DNA of 64,000 nucleotides from Kiritimatiellia bacterium (GTDB lineage Bacteria; Verrucomicrobiota; Kiritimatiellia; RFP12; UBA1067): NCBI GenBank assembly GCA_017406465.1, contig JAFQYM010000004.1, positions 10,570 to 74,569 of the forward strand, read 5' to 3'. Shown piece by piece: positions 32,455 to 41,770 of this stretch (position 1 is its first letter; each line of letters starts with the position of its first letter). The notes under the pieces were generated by a model. It saw only the letters and a program-made list of their open reading frames with translations, ran no database searches and was not told where the DNA came from. The position numbers and the translations under genes were made by a program.

Positions 32455-34581
32455 CTAGACAATGAAGGCGAACTCGCCCTTGAGCGGATTGCCGGCGTGG
32501 GTCGCCGAGAAGCATGAGAACGTATATGTCTCGCCGCCGGGCGGCACGTCCAGGACGACGTGGCACGGCTGGTCAACGACGCAACGGGCGACGTCCGGCA
32601 GATAGCCTCGGCCGACGTCCGTCGCCGGACGGTTCAGCGGCATGTACGTGGGCAGTATCAACCGGGAGCCGTTGTAGAGCGTCCGGTCCGCGAGACGGCA
32701 CATCGTGTCGTCCGTGCAGTGTTGCTGATCAAGCGTGCAGTTGGTCCACACGCGCGCCTTGAGCGCCTTTACAAGCTTCGGATACATGGAGTGGTGTCCG
32801 TGGTGGTTGAGCTTCGCCACGTGGACCTGTCCGACGACCTCCGCGAGATCCTCCTCGATCTCGTGCCAGACGCCGTCCGAATGCTTCCAGCCGTCGGAGA
32901 AGTCGCCGGCCGTAAAATACCTGAACTTCCCGTATTCGACAATCATCCCGCAACTCATGCCATTCTCGTTCAGCGTCTTCGCCCCCGCCTTCACGCGGTC
33001 GGCGTAGAGGTCGCGGACTATTCCGTCATTGCGCACGAAGCGTCCGTTCGCACAAAGATTGCATACACTGAACCCCGGCACCGCCTCCGCCAGCGGACGG
33101 AACTGGTCGTCCGCGGCGAGCACAAACTTCCAGATCTGCGTTCCCTGCGTCTCTGCAAGGTGCGCGTAGAGCGCGCGCATCTGCTGCGGCGTGCCGTCAC
33201 GCGCGGTCTTCAGCACGTCCAACGGCTCGTCGAAGCCGGGCCACGCGCGGTCGACGGCAATACCGAACTTCAGGAAGCGCGCCGCGTCCGCGATGCCGCA
33301 GAGGTTAAACGGACCGAGCGACGACCGTCCGAGAGGACCGCCGTGGAAACGCCCGCCGCCGCCGTGGTCCTCGTGGTAGTGGGAGAGGTGAAGGTAGTCG
33401 ACCTTGTCGCCCTTCGGGTTGACGCGCAAGATGTAGCGCGCGGCGAACTCGCCGGCGCGGACAGACGGCGAAGACGGCAGCGGAACCTCGGCGGGCGTGC
33501 GGTAGAAGCGCATCGAGTCTCCGCAGTCGAGCAGCATGGACGTGCCGTCGGGGAAGATGTGAAACATGCACTCGGATCGGCCCGTGTAGATGTAGTGCAC
33601 CTGGTAGTGGCCCTTCTGCCAAGACCGGTCCGCAGTCCAGTCGCCAGGTGTCCACGCGGTCTCAACGCCCTTCGCCATCTGGAAGCCAGTGATCCGCACA
33701 CCGCCCGACTCGAACACCTCTACAAGCGAAAACGCGTTCTCGGGCGCCGGATGCAACACGCTTGCCGGCGATGTGAAGTATCCTATGCCGTTCAACTCGC
33801 GGAAAGATCCCTCATGGTAGTGCCCCTGCACCACCAGCTTCACCTTCCCAGACTTCTCGAGGATGTCCCGTATCTCTGCGGCGTTCTTCACGACATACGC
33901 CTTCTCTTCGGAGTCGAGCTGGTGGTGGACAATCGGCACACACGGGCCCTTCGCCGCCGCAAGCTCGGCCTTCAGGAACTCCACCTGCTCCGGTGGGACG
34001 AACGCATCCGCCCACGAGAAATTGCCGCGACAGTATGGTTCGCCGTCCGGACGGTAGCATGCGTCGAGCACGATGAAGCGGACGCCGTTGCGCGTGAAGG
34101 CATAGAAGGCCTTCGCAGAGTCCTGGCCCTCGTTGGCGATCTGGGCGAGAAACTCCTCCTTCGAGAGATTGTCGTGGTCGTGGTTGCCGAGAACGTGATA
34201 GCGCGGGCCCTTGAAGGCGGCGAAGCGTGCCTCGATCGCGCGTAGGTACGTAAGCGACTCATCGGGCGTACGCCCGAGATCCTTGAAATCGCCTCCCTCC
34301 ACTACGAAGTCTGCGCCAAGCTCGTTCATCTTGGCCGCAAAGGCGTCCATCTTTAGGAGTCCGTCGCGGTAGTTGCGAAGAAGGTTCGTCTCGATGTGGT
34401 CCGCGTAATGGCAGTCGGTGATGAAGCCGAAGCGCACCGCCGGAACAGCATCGCCCACGTCGCCGAACGTCGTCACCGCACCAGTCGCAACGAGCCCCTG
34501 CAAAAAAACTCGTCGTGACACGCCACCGTGATGGATCAAGCGGGGAGACTCCCCTTTGGCGTTGCTCTTTTTATCGTACAT
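32455..34581 (-). CDS. Tat-signal calcineurin-like metallophosphoesterase fused to an MBL-fold metallohydrolase domain
   Basis: 708 aa. The twin-arginine signal is SRRVFLQGLVATGAVTTFG. Metallophosphoesterase motifs are DCHY, GGDF and GNHD. The MBL motif is HLSHYHEDHGGG. Confidence 0.8.
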   Translation of the reverse strand: MYDKKSNAKGESPRLIHHGGVSRRVFLQGLVATGAVTTFGDVGDAVPAVRFGFITDCHYADHIETNLLRNYRDGLLKMDAFAAKMNELGADFVVEGGDFKDLGRTPDESLTYLRAIEARFAAFKGPRYHVLGNHDHDNLSKEEFLAQIANEGQDSAKAFYAFTRNGVRFIVLDACYRPDGEPYCRGNFSWADAFVPPEQVEFLKAELAAAKGPCVPIVHHQLDSEEKAYVVKNAAEIRDILEKSGKVKLVVQGHYHEGSFRELNGIGYFTSPASVLHPAPENAFSLVEVFESGGVRITGFQMAKGVETAWTPGDWTADRSWQKGHYQVHYIYTGRSECMFHIFPDGTSMLLDCGDSMRFYRTPAEVPLPSSPSVRAGEFAARYILRVNPKGDKVDYLHLSHYHEDHGGGGRFHGGPLGRSSLGPFNLCGIADAARFLKFGIAVDRAWPGFDEPLDVLKTARDGTPQQMRALYAHLAETQGTQIWKFVLAADDQFRPLAEAVPGFSVCNLCANGRFVRNDGIVRDLYADRVKAGAKTLNENGMSCGMIVEYGKFRYFTAGDFSDGWKHSDGVWHEIEEDLAEVVGQVHVAKLNHHGHHSMYPKLVKALKARVWTNCTLDQQHCTDDTMCRLADRTLYNGSRLILPTYMPLNRPATDVGRGYLPDVARCVVDQPCHVVLDVPPGGETYTFSCFSATHAGNPLKGEFAFIV

Positions 34582-34763
34582 TTCGCAGTTTTACTTAACT
34601 TTCATCCTTTCACCGGCTTTGGCACAAAGCTTCCGTGGGGCCTGTCCCCGCCAAGTTCGCGGCACATTCGCCGCGCTGCACTCCAAAGATGCCCCAAAAC
34701 GCACCACACTCCAACCGCAGACCCCCCAGTATCCTCGCCTTGTAGTGCGTAGTCTATGCGACG

Positions 34764-35771
34764 TCAAAGCGCAGCGCGGTCGCAGAGAGCCGAGACGAGA
34801 AGCGCCTTGATCGTGTGCATGCGGTTCTCGGACTCGTCGAAGACCTTGGAATACTTCGACTCGAAGACCTCGTCAGTGACTTCAAGGGCGCCGCACTCCT
34901 TCGTGACCTCGGTGTTGAAATCGTGAAACGCGGGGAGGCAGTGAAGGAACATGAGCTGCCCATCGAGGTTGCCCGTCGCCTTCATAAGGTCCATGTTGAT
35001 CTGGTAGGGGCGCAGCATCTTGATGCGTTCCGCCGTCTTCGCCTCTTCGCCCATCGAAACCCACACGTCGGTGTAGAGGACGTTCGCGCCTTTCACGCCC
35101 TCCTTGGGGTCGCTGAATACGCGGATGTCGACGCCGTTGCGCTTTGCGACTTCCTCGGCCTCTGCAAGCACCTTCTCGTCGGGCCTAAGCTCGTCTGGAC
35201 AACAGCAGACATAGCGGACACCGCACTTCGCGCAGCCCATCATGAGGGAGTTCGCGACATTGTTGCGGCCGTCGCCCACGTAGGCGATGCAGGTGTTGGC
35301 GTCAAGCGAACCGAACGTCTCGCGGACGGTCAGGAGGTCGGCGAAAATCTGCGTCGGGTGGTAGTCGTCGGTAAGCCCGTTCCACACCGGAACGCCAGAG
35401 AACTTCGCTAAGTCCTCGCAGTCGGACTGCTTGAAGCCGCGGAAAAGTATACCGTCGTAAATGCGACCCAAGACCCGCGCCGTGTCCTTCACCGACTCCT
35501 TCTTCCCGAAGTGGATGTCGGGACGAGTCAGATACTCTCCGTTGCCGCCTTCGTCGCGCACCGCGACGAGCGTCGAGTTGCGGGTTCTCGTCGAGCTCTT
35601 CTCGAAGATGAGCGCGATGTTCTTCCTGTGGAGCAGGTTGCCGCGCACTCCGGCCGCGCGCCGCGCCTTGAGCTGGGCGGCGAGGTCTATCAAGTTCAGC
35701 ATCTCCTCGTCGGTGAACGAAGCAAGACGCATCATCGAGCGCCCCCTGAGGCTGTCCATCCATGTCAACAT
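34764..35771 (-). CDS. argF: Ornithine carbamoyltransferase
   Basis: Has the STRTR, HPTQ and HCLPAFHD motifs. I prefer the ATG at 35769-35771 (GGAGGA 6 nt upstream) over the ORF-track start, which overlaps thrS. Confidence 0.9.
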   Translation of the reverse strand: MLTWMDSLRGRSMMRLASFTDEEMLNLIDLAAQLKARRAAGVRGNLLHRKNIALIFEKSSTRTRNSTLVAVRDEGGNGEYLTRPDIHFGKKESVKDTARVLGRIYDGILFRGFKQSDCEDLAKFSGVPVWNGLTDDYHPTQIFADLLTVRETFGSLDANTCIAYVGDGRNNVANSLMMGCAKCGVRYVCCCPDELRPDEKVLAEAEEVAKRNGVDIRVFSDPKEGVKGANVLYTDVWVSMGEEAKTAERIKMLRPYQINMDLMKATGNLDGQLMFLHCLPAFHDFNTEVTKECGALEVTDEVFESKYSKVFDESENRMHTIKALLVSALCDRAAL

Positions 35772-35790
35772 GCCATGTCCTCCACTAAAC

Positions 35791-37512
35791 TCACGGCGCA
35801 AGTTCGCCGCGTATCTTCTCGACAAAATCTGCGAGCGACATCGCGCCGAGATCGCCCTCTCCGCTCTTGCGGACGGAAACCGTTCCCGCCGCCTCGTCGC
35901 GCGGCCCCACTACGAGCTTGTAGGGAACCTTCCACGCCGACGCCTCGCGGATCTTCGCGCCGAGCTTCTCGGCGGAATCGTCGATCTCGACACGCACGCC
36001 CTCCGCGGCAAGTGCGCCGCGCACCTTCTCCGCGTAGGCGAGCGCCTTGTCGGAGATCGGGAGTATGCGAACCTGCTCTGGCGCGAGCCAGACGGGGAAC
36101 GCGCCCGCGTAGTGCTCGATGAGGATGCCGATGAAACGCTCGAGCGAGCCGAGGACAGCGCGGTGCAGCATCACGGGATGGTGCTTCTTGCCGTCGGCGC
36201 CGATATACTCGGCGTTGAGGCGCTCCGCGCTCGGAAGCTGGTAGTCGAGCTGGATCGTGCCGCACTGCCACTGGCGGGAAAGCGCGTCGACGAGCGTGAA
36301 CTCGAGCTTCGGGCCGTAGAAAGCGCCCTCGCCGGGCTGTATCTCGTAGTCCATGCCAGCCGCCTTGCAAGCAGCCGCGAGCGCAGATTCTGCGTGCTGC
36401 CAGGTCGCCTCGTCGCCGACATGGTCCTCGGGCATCGTCGAAAGCTTGACGAGAAGGTTCTTGTCAAAGCCGAAGTCGGAGTAGACGTCCTTCAGGAGGC
36501 GGCAGAACTTCGCGACTTCCTCCTCGATCTGCTCCTCGGTGCAGAGGATGTGGGCGTCGTCCTGGACGAAGCCGCGGACGCGCATGATGCCGTGCAGCGT
36601 TCCGCTCGGCTCGTTGCGCGCGCAGTGGCCGAACTCCGCAAGGCGGAGAGGAAGGTCCTTGTAGCTCCTCGTGCGGCTCTTGAAGATCTCGATAGCGCCA
36701 GGGCAGTTCATTGGCTTCACTGCGAAGAGGCGCTTCTCGCTCTCGGTGATGAACATGTTCTGCTGGTAGTGCGCCCAGTGGCCGCTCCTTTCCCAGAGCG
36801 AGCGCGGCATGATCGCGGGCGTGTTGACCTCGCGGTAGCCGTCCTTGACGAGCTTGCGACGCATGTAGTCCTGAAGCGTCACGTAGACCGACCACCCGCG
36901 CGGATGCCAGAAGATCTGGCCTGGGTCCTCGGGGTCGAGGTGGAAGAGATCGAGCTCGGTGCCGAGACGCCTGTGGTCGCGGCGCTTCGCCTCCTCAGCG
37001 CGAGCGATGATCTCGTCAAGCTCGGCCTGGTCCTTCGCGACGATGCCGTAGATGCGCTGGAGCATCTTGTTCTTCTCGTCGCCGCGGTAGTAGCTTCCCG
37101 CGACGCGCGTGAGCTTCACGACGCCGATCTGCTTCGAGTGCTCGACATGGGGGCCGCGGCACATCTCGACATAGTCGCCCACCGCGTAGGTCGAGATCGC
37201 GACGCCATCCGCGACGACGTCCGCAAGGCGCTCAAGCTTGTACTTCTGCCCGGCGAGGAGCTTCTTCGCCTCGTCCGCCGTCACTTCCTTCCTGACGAAC
37301 GGCTCGTCGAGGGCGATGAGGCGCGCAATCTCGGATTCGATCTTCGGGAAATCCTCGGGCGAAAGGCGGTGCGGAAGGTCGAAGTCGTAGTAGAAGCCCT
37401 CGTCCGTCGCCGGGCCGATGTCGACCTGGACGTCCTCGAACAAATTCATGACCGCGCGGGCCATCAGGTGCGCCGCGCTGTGCCGACGTTGCTCCAAAGT
37501 AATCTCTGCCAT
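35791..37512 (-). CDS. thrS: Threonine--tRNA ligase (short form lacking the N-terminal TGS domain)
   Basis: 573 aa. It starts within the editing domain (RRHSAAHLMARAV) and has class II catalytic and anticodon-binding regions. Confidence 0.9.
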   Translation of the reverse strand: MAEITLEQRRHSAAHLMARAVMNLFEDVQVDIGPATDEGFYYDFDLPHRLSPEDFPKIESEIARLIALDEPFVRKEVTADEAKKLLAGQKYKLERLADVVADGVAISTYAVGDYVEMCRGPHVEHSKQIGVVKLTRVAGSYYRGDEKNKMLQRIYGIVAKDQAELDEIIARAEEAKRRDHRRLGTELDLFHLDPEDPGQIFWHPRGWSVYVTLQDYMRRKLVKDGYREVNTPAIMPRSLWERSGHWAHYQQNMFITESEKRLFAVKPMNCPGAIEIFKSRTRSYKDLPLRLAEFGHCARNEPSGTLHGIMRVRGFVQDDAHILCTEEQIEEEVAKFCRLLKDVYSDFGFDKNLLVKLSTMPEDHVGDEATWQHAESALAAACKAAGMDYEIQPGEGAFYGPKLEFTLVDALSRQWQCGTIQLDYQLPSAERLNAEYIGADGKKHHPVMLHRAVLGSLERFIGILIEHYAGAFPVWLAPEQVRILPISDKALAYAEKVRGALAAEGVRVEIDDSAEKLGAKIREASAWKVPYKLVVGPRDEAAGTVSVRKSGEGDLGAMSLADFVEKIRGELAP

Positions 37513-37556
37513 GTCGTTTACCTGTACCTGTGTTTCTTTCCTGTTAAGAAATGGAT

Positions 37557-37565
37557 ATTATACCA
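37557..37565 (-). promoter_or_regulatory. Extended -10 element TGGTATAAT upstream of thrS
   Basis: Perfect 9-mer about 45 nt upstream of the thrS ATG. Confidence 0.55.
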
Positions 37566-37601
37566 CAAATAGACGACGACATGACGGAAATGCCAACGCG
37601 T

Positions 37602-40328
37602 CTACTTCGCCGGGTTGCCTTCGCCGACGCCGATGCAGAGGGACCATTCGAGCGGACCCCAGCCGTTCTCGACGCGCATGAGGATGCGGTTCCGCCCGCG
37701 CTTGAGATGCACGAGCCGGAATCCCTCGGAGATCTGCCAGGGCTTGAGCTTGTTGGAGGACCCCCAGACGGGCTGTCCGTTCAGCCACACGTCGCTGCGG
37801 TCGTCCGATCCGACGGCGAACCAGACGTCGCCCTCGGTATCCGAGAACACTTCGGCGTACGCGTACCAGATTTCGTACTGGTGGTCGCCGTTGAGCTTGA
37901 CGCGCGCCTTGAACGGCGCGCCCCACCATTCGCGGACGGAGGACTGCGCCTGCATGAACCGCCAGCCGACCATCTTGCCGTCCTTGCCGGGATAGGTCGC
38001 GTCGAGGTCGATGACGGATTCCGGCGGGAACTTGCGGCGGAGGTTCACGCGGTTCGGGTTCGGGAACGGACCGATCACATACCAGGAGTTGACGTACATC
38101 CACTTCGCGGGAATTCCGCCGAAGTTCTCCTGGACGCCCGTCGGAAGCCTGCCGAAGCGCACCACGTTGCCGGCGATGAGGTCGGGCATCGAGCCCTGCA
38201 GCGGACCAGGTCCGCCGCCGCCGAAGAGCGCGTCCTTCTGGCCGCTTCCCTGCTTCGCACGACGTCCGCCGCTGTCGTCGGCCTTCTGCGAGCCGGGAAT
38301 CCCCTGCGCCGCGGCTTCGCCCTCTCCTTCGGACGACGAGGGCCGATTGCGCTGGACGGCGGCGACGTTCTTGACGCGCTGCGACTCGTCCTCGGCGGCG
38401 GCCTCCGAGAGCGCGAGCTGGTAGTCGGCGTCCGCGCTCATCGCCGCGAGGCGCTCGGCGCGGGCCTCCGCGGAATCCCTGTCCTTGAAGTTCTCCTCCG
38501 TGAGCCATTCGACCTTTTCGCCGCGGGAGCTCCTGGACCCGGAGGAGGACTTCGCCGCGAAGTCGGGCTTGACGATCTTCATGGCGTCCTCCATCATGGC
38601 CTTCGACGACTCGACGATGTTGTCCGCCTCGCGCATGACATCGGCCTCCGCCACCTTCTGCGCGTCGAGGGCCGACTTCGTCCTCACCCTCGCCTCGAGG
38701 GCCTCGCGGGTCTTCTCGTCGAGCTCCATGCGCTCGGTGCGCGCGACGTCGGTGAGCTTCTGCGCGGCCTTGTAGCTCATGCGGCGGCTTATCGCCGTCT
38801 CGGTCGCCTTGATGTCCTTGTAGTTCTCGGTGATCTTCGCCTCCATCTCCTTAGCGAGTTCGTACGCGGCGACGAGCTTCATGGAGGAGAGGTTCCTGCG
38901 GACCATCTCGCTGTCACGGAATTCCTCGGACGCGAGCTTCTCGAGACTGGGCGTGTCGTTCGCGAGGGCTTCGCGAACCGCGGCGAGCTTCTTCGCGAGC
39001 TCCTCCTGATCCTTGCGCACCTTCTGCAGGTTCTCGACCTGGGCGTGCGTTCCCTTCTCGCGGCGGGTCTTCTCGATTTCCATGAGGGCGTTCTCCTTCT
39101 CGCGTATGCGCTCCTCGGCTTTCGCGATGTTCGCCTTTGCGTCCTCCTCGTTCTTCCGCGCGCGCTCCTCGCTGCGCTCCTCGTTCTTTTCGCGGTGGAC
39201 GGCGGAATTGTACTCGTTCTGCCTGCGGCGGGCTTCTTCGTTCGCCCTGTGACTCTCGTCGCGCTTCTCGCGGGCGAGCCTCGAGGCGGCGTCGGCCTTC
39301 TGGCGGAGTTCGTTCGCCTTGTTCTTGTCCTCGGTCTTCGAAGCCTGCTCCCTGAGGGATTTCTCCTCGTTCTTCGCCTTCTCGCCCTCGGCATTCGCGG
39401 TCTCGCGCCTCTTCTCGGCATCCTGCCTCTCGGCATCGGCCTTCTTCTGGTCGGCCCTTGCCTGCTCCATGCGCTGGTGCGCCTGCTCGGCGTCCGCCTT
39501 AGCCTTGTCGCGACGCTGCTCCTGCTCGCGCTTCCACTTCTCGTTCTGCTCCTTCTCGCGGCTGTGGTCCAGCGCCTTCGCGAGCTTCGCCGCGGTCTCG
39601 TTTGTTTCGCGCTGGGCGACGTCCTGCCTGGCGGCGACCTCCTTCTGCGCATCCATCGCCTTCTCGGCGGCCTTGGCGGCCTTCGCGAGCCCAGTGAACT
39701 CGGCCTGGATCTGGAGCCTGTCGAGCGCGTTGACGGCCTTCGCCATCTCGTCGACGACCTTCGCGCCGGATTCGAGCATGACGTCCGCGGCGAGCTCGCG
39801 GAGCTTCTTCTGCCTGTTCTCGTCATCGAGGTTCTGCTGCTCCTCGCGGACCAGCTCCTCGACCTTCTGCTCGACCTTGGGCTGCTCCTCCACCGCCTTG
39901 CGCTGGGCCTTCTCCGCCTCGTCCAGCAGCTTCTCGAGCTCGTCCTTCATCGTCCTGGAGTTCTCCTCGGCGAAGTCGTCGTAGTCCTCGAGAAGCTCCT
40001 GCTTCATCATCTCCATGTTGTGCAGGACGGCCTGCATCTCCTCGAGTTCCTCGAGAAGCTCGTTCCTGTGGGCCTCCTCGAGGCGGTCGGAGAGGTCCTC
40101 GAGGCGATCCGCCGAAAGGTCCTCTGCCGGATTCGGGGGCGGCATTTCCTTCTCCTCGAAGACGAGATCCTTCACAGGAGTGCAAAAGATGATGACGGCG
40201 AAGAACGCGACATGCGCGGCGACGGAGAGGAATCCCCAGAGGGGCCCCTGGCGGCGGCGTCTCCTCTCGCGGCGGCGGATGTCGTCGGACTGCAGGCTGA
40301 TGTTGACGCTGTCGCTGTTGTCGCTCAT
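37602..40328 (-). CDS. Giant TonB/TolA-class energy-transducer-like protein: Arg-rich N-terminus, SxxxH TM anchor, very long K/E/A-rich coiled coil, C-terminal galactose-binding-like jelly-roll
   Basis: 908 aa. The anchor is RRRERRRRRQGPLWGFLSVAAHVAFFAVIIF (S35-x3-H39). The coiled coil spans roughly residues 60-640. The C-terminus reads WYVIGPFPNPN...SDVWLNGQPVWG...LKRGRNRILMRVEN. It lies directly downstream of exbB/exbD-like genes. Confidence 0.8.
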   Translation of the reverse strand: MSDNSDSVNISLQSDDIRRRERRRRRQGPLWGFLSVAAHVAFFAVIIFCTPVKDLVFEEKEMPPPNPAEDLSADRLEDLSDRLEEAHRNELLEELEEMQAVLHNMEMMKQELLEDYDDFAEENSRTMKDELEKLLDEAEKAQRKAVEEQPKVEQKVEELVREEQQNLDDENRQKKLRELAADVMLESGAKVVDEMAKAVNALDRLQIQAEFTGLAKAAKAAEKAMDAQKEVAARQDVAQRETNETAAKLAKALDHSREKEQNEKWKREQEQRRDKAKADAEQAHQRMEQARADQKKADAERQDAEKRRETANAEGEKAKNEEKSLREQASKTEDKNKANELRQKADAASRLAREKRDESHRANEEARRRQNEYNSAVHREKNEERSEERARKNEEDAKANIAKAEERIREKENALMEIEKTRREKGTHAQVENLQKVRKDQEELAKKLAAVREALANDTPSLEKLASEEFRDSEMVRRNLSSMKLVAAYELAKEMEAKITENYKDIKATETAISRRMSYKAAQKLTDVARTERMELDEKTREALEARVRTKSALDAQKVAEADVMREADNIVESSKAMMEDAMKIVKPDFAAKSSSGSRSSRGEKVEWLTEENFKDRDSAEARAERLAAMSADADYQLALSEAAAEDESQRVKNVAAVQRNRPSSSEGEGEAAAQGIPGSQKADDSGGRRAKQGSGQKDALFGGGGPGPLQGSMPDLIAGNVVRFGRLPTGVQENFGGIPAKWMYVNSWYVIGPFPNPNRVNLRRKFPPESVIDLDATYPGKDGKMVGWRFMQAQSSVREWWGAPFKARVKLNGDHQYEIWYAYAEVFSDTEGDVWFAVGSDDRSDVWLNGQPVWGSSNKLKPWQISEGFRLVHLKRGRNRILMRVENGWGPLEWSLCIGVGEGNPAK

Positions 40329-40338
40329 GGCCGGCAGA

Positions 40339-40752
40339 TCACCTTATGTCGGTCGCGGTGTGGATGCCGACCACCGTGAGCCCCTCGCCCTGGCAGGTGT
40401 CGAGCACCTGGACAATCGAGCGGAACGGCGCGAAGACGTCGCCGTTTATCCTGATGCGGCGGTCGGGGTTCTCCTTCGCGGCGTTCGCGAGGGCGTTCTT
40501 GAGTCCGGCGTCGCCGACCGGCTTCGAGTTCACGAACAGCTCGCCCTTCGCGTTCACCGAGACGGTGATGAGGTCGGGGGTCGACTTGACGTCGCGCGTC
40601 GTGTTGGCGCGGGGGAGCTCGATGGGAAGCTCCTTCTCGACCTTCTTCAGCTGGGAGGAAACCAGGAAGAATATGAGCATCAGGAAGATGCAGTCCATCA
40701 TCGAGGTCATCTGGATCTCGATGTGCTCTTCCTCTTCGTACTTGACGGCCAT
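40339..40752 (-). CDS. ExbD/TolR-family biopolymer transport protein
   Basis: 137 aa. The sequence IEIQMTSMMDCIFLMLIFFLV is the conserved Asp-containing TM helix of the ExbD/TolR fold. Confidence 0.85.
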   Translation of the reverse strand: MAVKYEEEEHIEIQMTSMMDCIFLMLIFFLVSSQLKKVEKELPIELPRANTTRDVKSTPDLITVSVNAKGELFVNSKPVGDAGLKNALANAAKENPDRRIRINGDVFAPFRSIVQVLDTCQGEGLTVVGIHTATDIR

Positions 40753-40772
40753 CTCCTATGCCTCCGGAACGG

Positions 40773-41573
40773 TTAGCGCCTGATGAAGACCTGGTTGACG
40801 AGGTCTGATATCTCCTCCTCGAGGAGCACGGAGAAGAGGTTCAGCCTGCCCTTGATGTAGTTGTAGGCGAAGAGGCACGGCATGGAGACCGCAAGGCCCG
40901 CGACCGTCGTTATGAGCGCCTGGCCGATGTCGTCGGCGAGGACGGACGCGTCGCCCATCTCGCCCATGGCGGCGACGGTGCCGAACGCGCCGAGGAGGCC
41001 GAGAACCGTCCCGAAGAGTCCGAGAAGCGGCGAGAGCGTCGCGGTCGTCGCGAGCATCGCGCTCTTGCGGTTCTCGAGCCTGAGCTCGCGCCCCGCCTTG
41101 TCCTCGGCGAACTGCTTCACCTCCTGGTAGTCCTTGGAATCCCCGTGCTGGAGCATCGTCTCGACGACGCGCGCGAGCATCGAGCGGTTCCTGGTGCAGA
41201 GCGCGGCGACCTCGTCCGTCTTGCCGCTCTTCCAGAGCTCGATCACCTTCGCGGAGAATCCGTCCGGGACGATCCGGGAGCGGCGCATGTTCCAGAAGCG
41301 CTCGAGCGCGCAGCCGAGTCCGAGGATGGAGAGGAGCCCGATGAACCACATCGTCTTGCCGCCCTGCTTGATGTAGGTCGCCCACTGGTCGAGCGCGGTG
41401 ATCTCCTTCGGCGCCTCCGCCTCGGCGGCGGCCTCGGCCCCCTCCGCTGGCGCGGCCTCGGCGGCGGCGGGCTCGACCCCCTCCGCCGGCTTAGCGGCCT
41501 CCTGCGCGAGAATTCCCTTGAGCCACACGGCGCCCGCAAGCGCGAGCGCGACGACCAGCATTTGCTTTTTCAT
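40773..41573 (-). CDS. MotA/TolQ/ExbB-family proton channel protein
   Basis: 266 aa. A signal and A/E/P-rich N-terminus is followed by TM helices, with the motif LGLFGTVLGLLGAF...ALITTVAGLAV. Confidence 0.85.
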   Translation of the reverse strand: MKKQMLVVALALAGAVWLKGILAQEAAKPAEGVEPAAAEAAPAEGAEAAAEAEAPKEITALDQWATYIKQGGKTMWFIGLLSILGLGCALERFWNMRRSRIVPDGFSAKVIELWKSGKTDEVAALCTRNRSMLARVVETMLQHGDSKDYQEVKQFAEDKAGRELRLENRKSAMLATTATLSPLLGLFGTVLGLLGAFGTVAAMGEMGDASVLADDIGQALITTVAGLAVSMPCLFAYNYIKGRLNLFSVLLEEEISDLVNQVFIRR

Positions 41574-41627
41574 GTTTCTTCCTTGATTTGGCGATTAGTA
41601 ACTATAAATCTTTGCCACGTTTGGTAT

Positions 41628-41636
41628 ATTCTACCA
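41628..41636 (-). promoter_or_regulatory. Extended -10 element TGGTAGAAT within the palindrome TTTGGTATATTCTACCAAA, upstream of exbB
   Basis: Consensus-like 9-mer. The palindrome also presents TGGTATATT on the plus strand. Confidence 0.45.
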
Positions 41637-41686
41637 AATGTCGCCTCGCCTTGGGAATATACATTTGTATATTTCTTTTGCGAGTT

Positions 41687-41766
41687 GTGCACCTGGAGGG
41701 ACTCGAACCCCCACGCCGAAGCAGTGGAACCTAAATCCACCGTGTCTGCCATTCCACCACAGGTGC
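41687..41766 (-). tRNA. tRNA-Leu (anticodon TAG), class II; CCA not encoded
   Basis: The acceptor is GCACCTG/CAGGTGC. The anticodon stem-loop is GTGGA-TTTAGGT-TCCAC. The T-loop is GGTTCGAGTCC. It lies 4 nt after the dnaJ stop. Confidence 0.85.
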
Positions 41767-41770
41767 GAAA

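Noticed and set aside
37551-40379. A 942-aa plus-strand ORF, the longest in its region.
   Set aside because: - It is antisense to the well-supported TolA-like gene.
- Its composition (Leu/Arg/Gly/Asp/Val-rich, with endless LLL and RR runs) is typical of shadow frames in GC-rich DNA.
- It has no RBS or promoter context.
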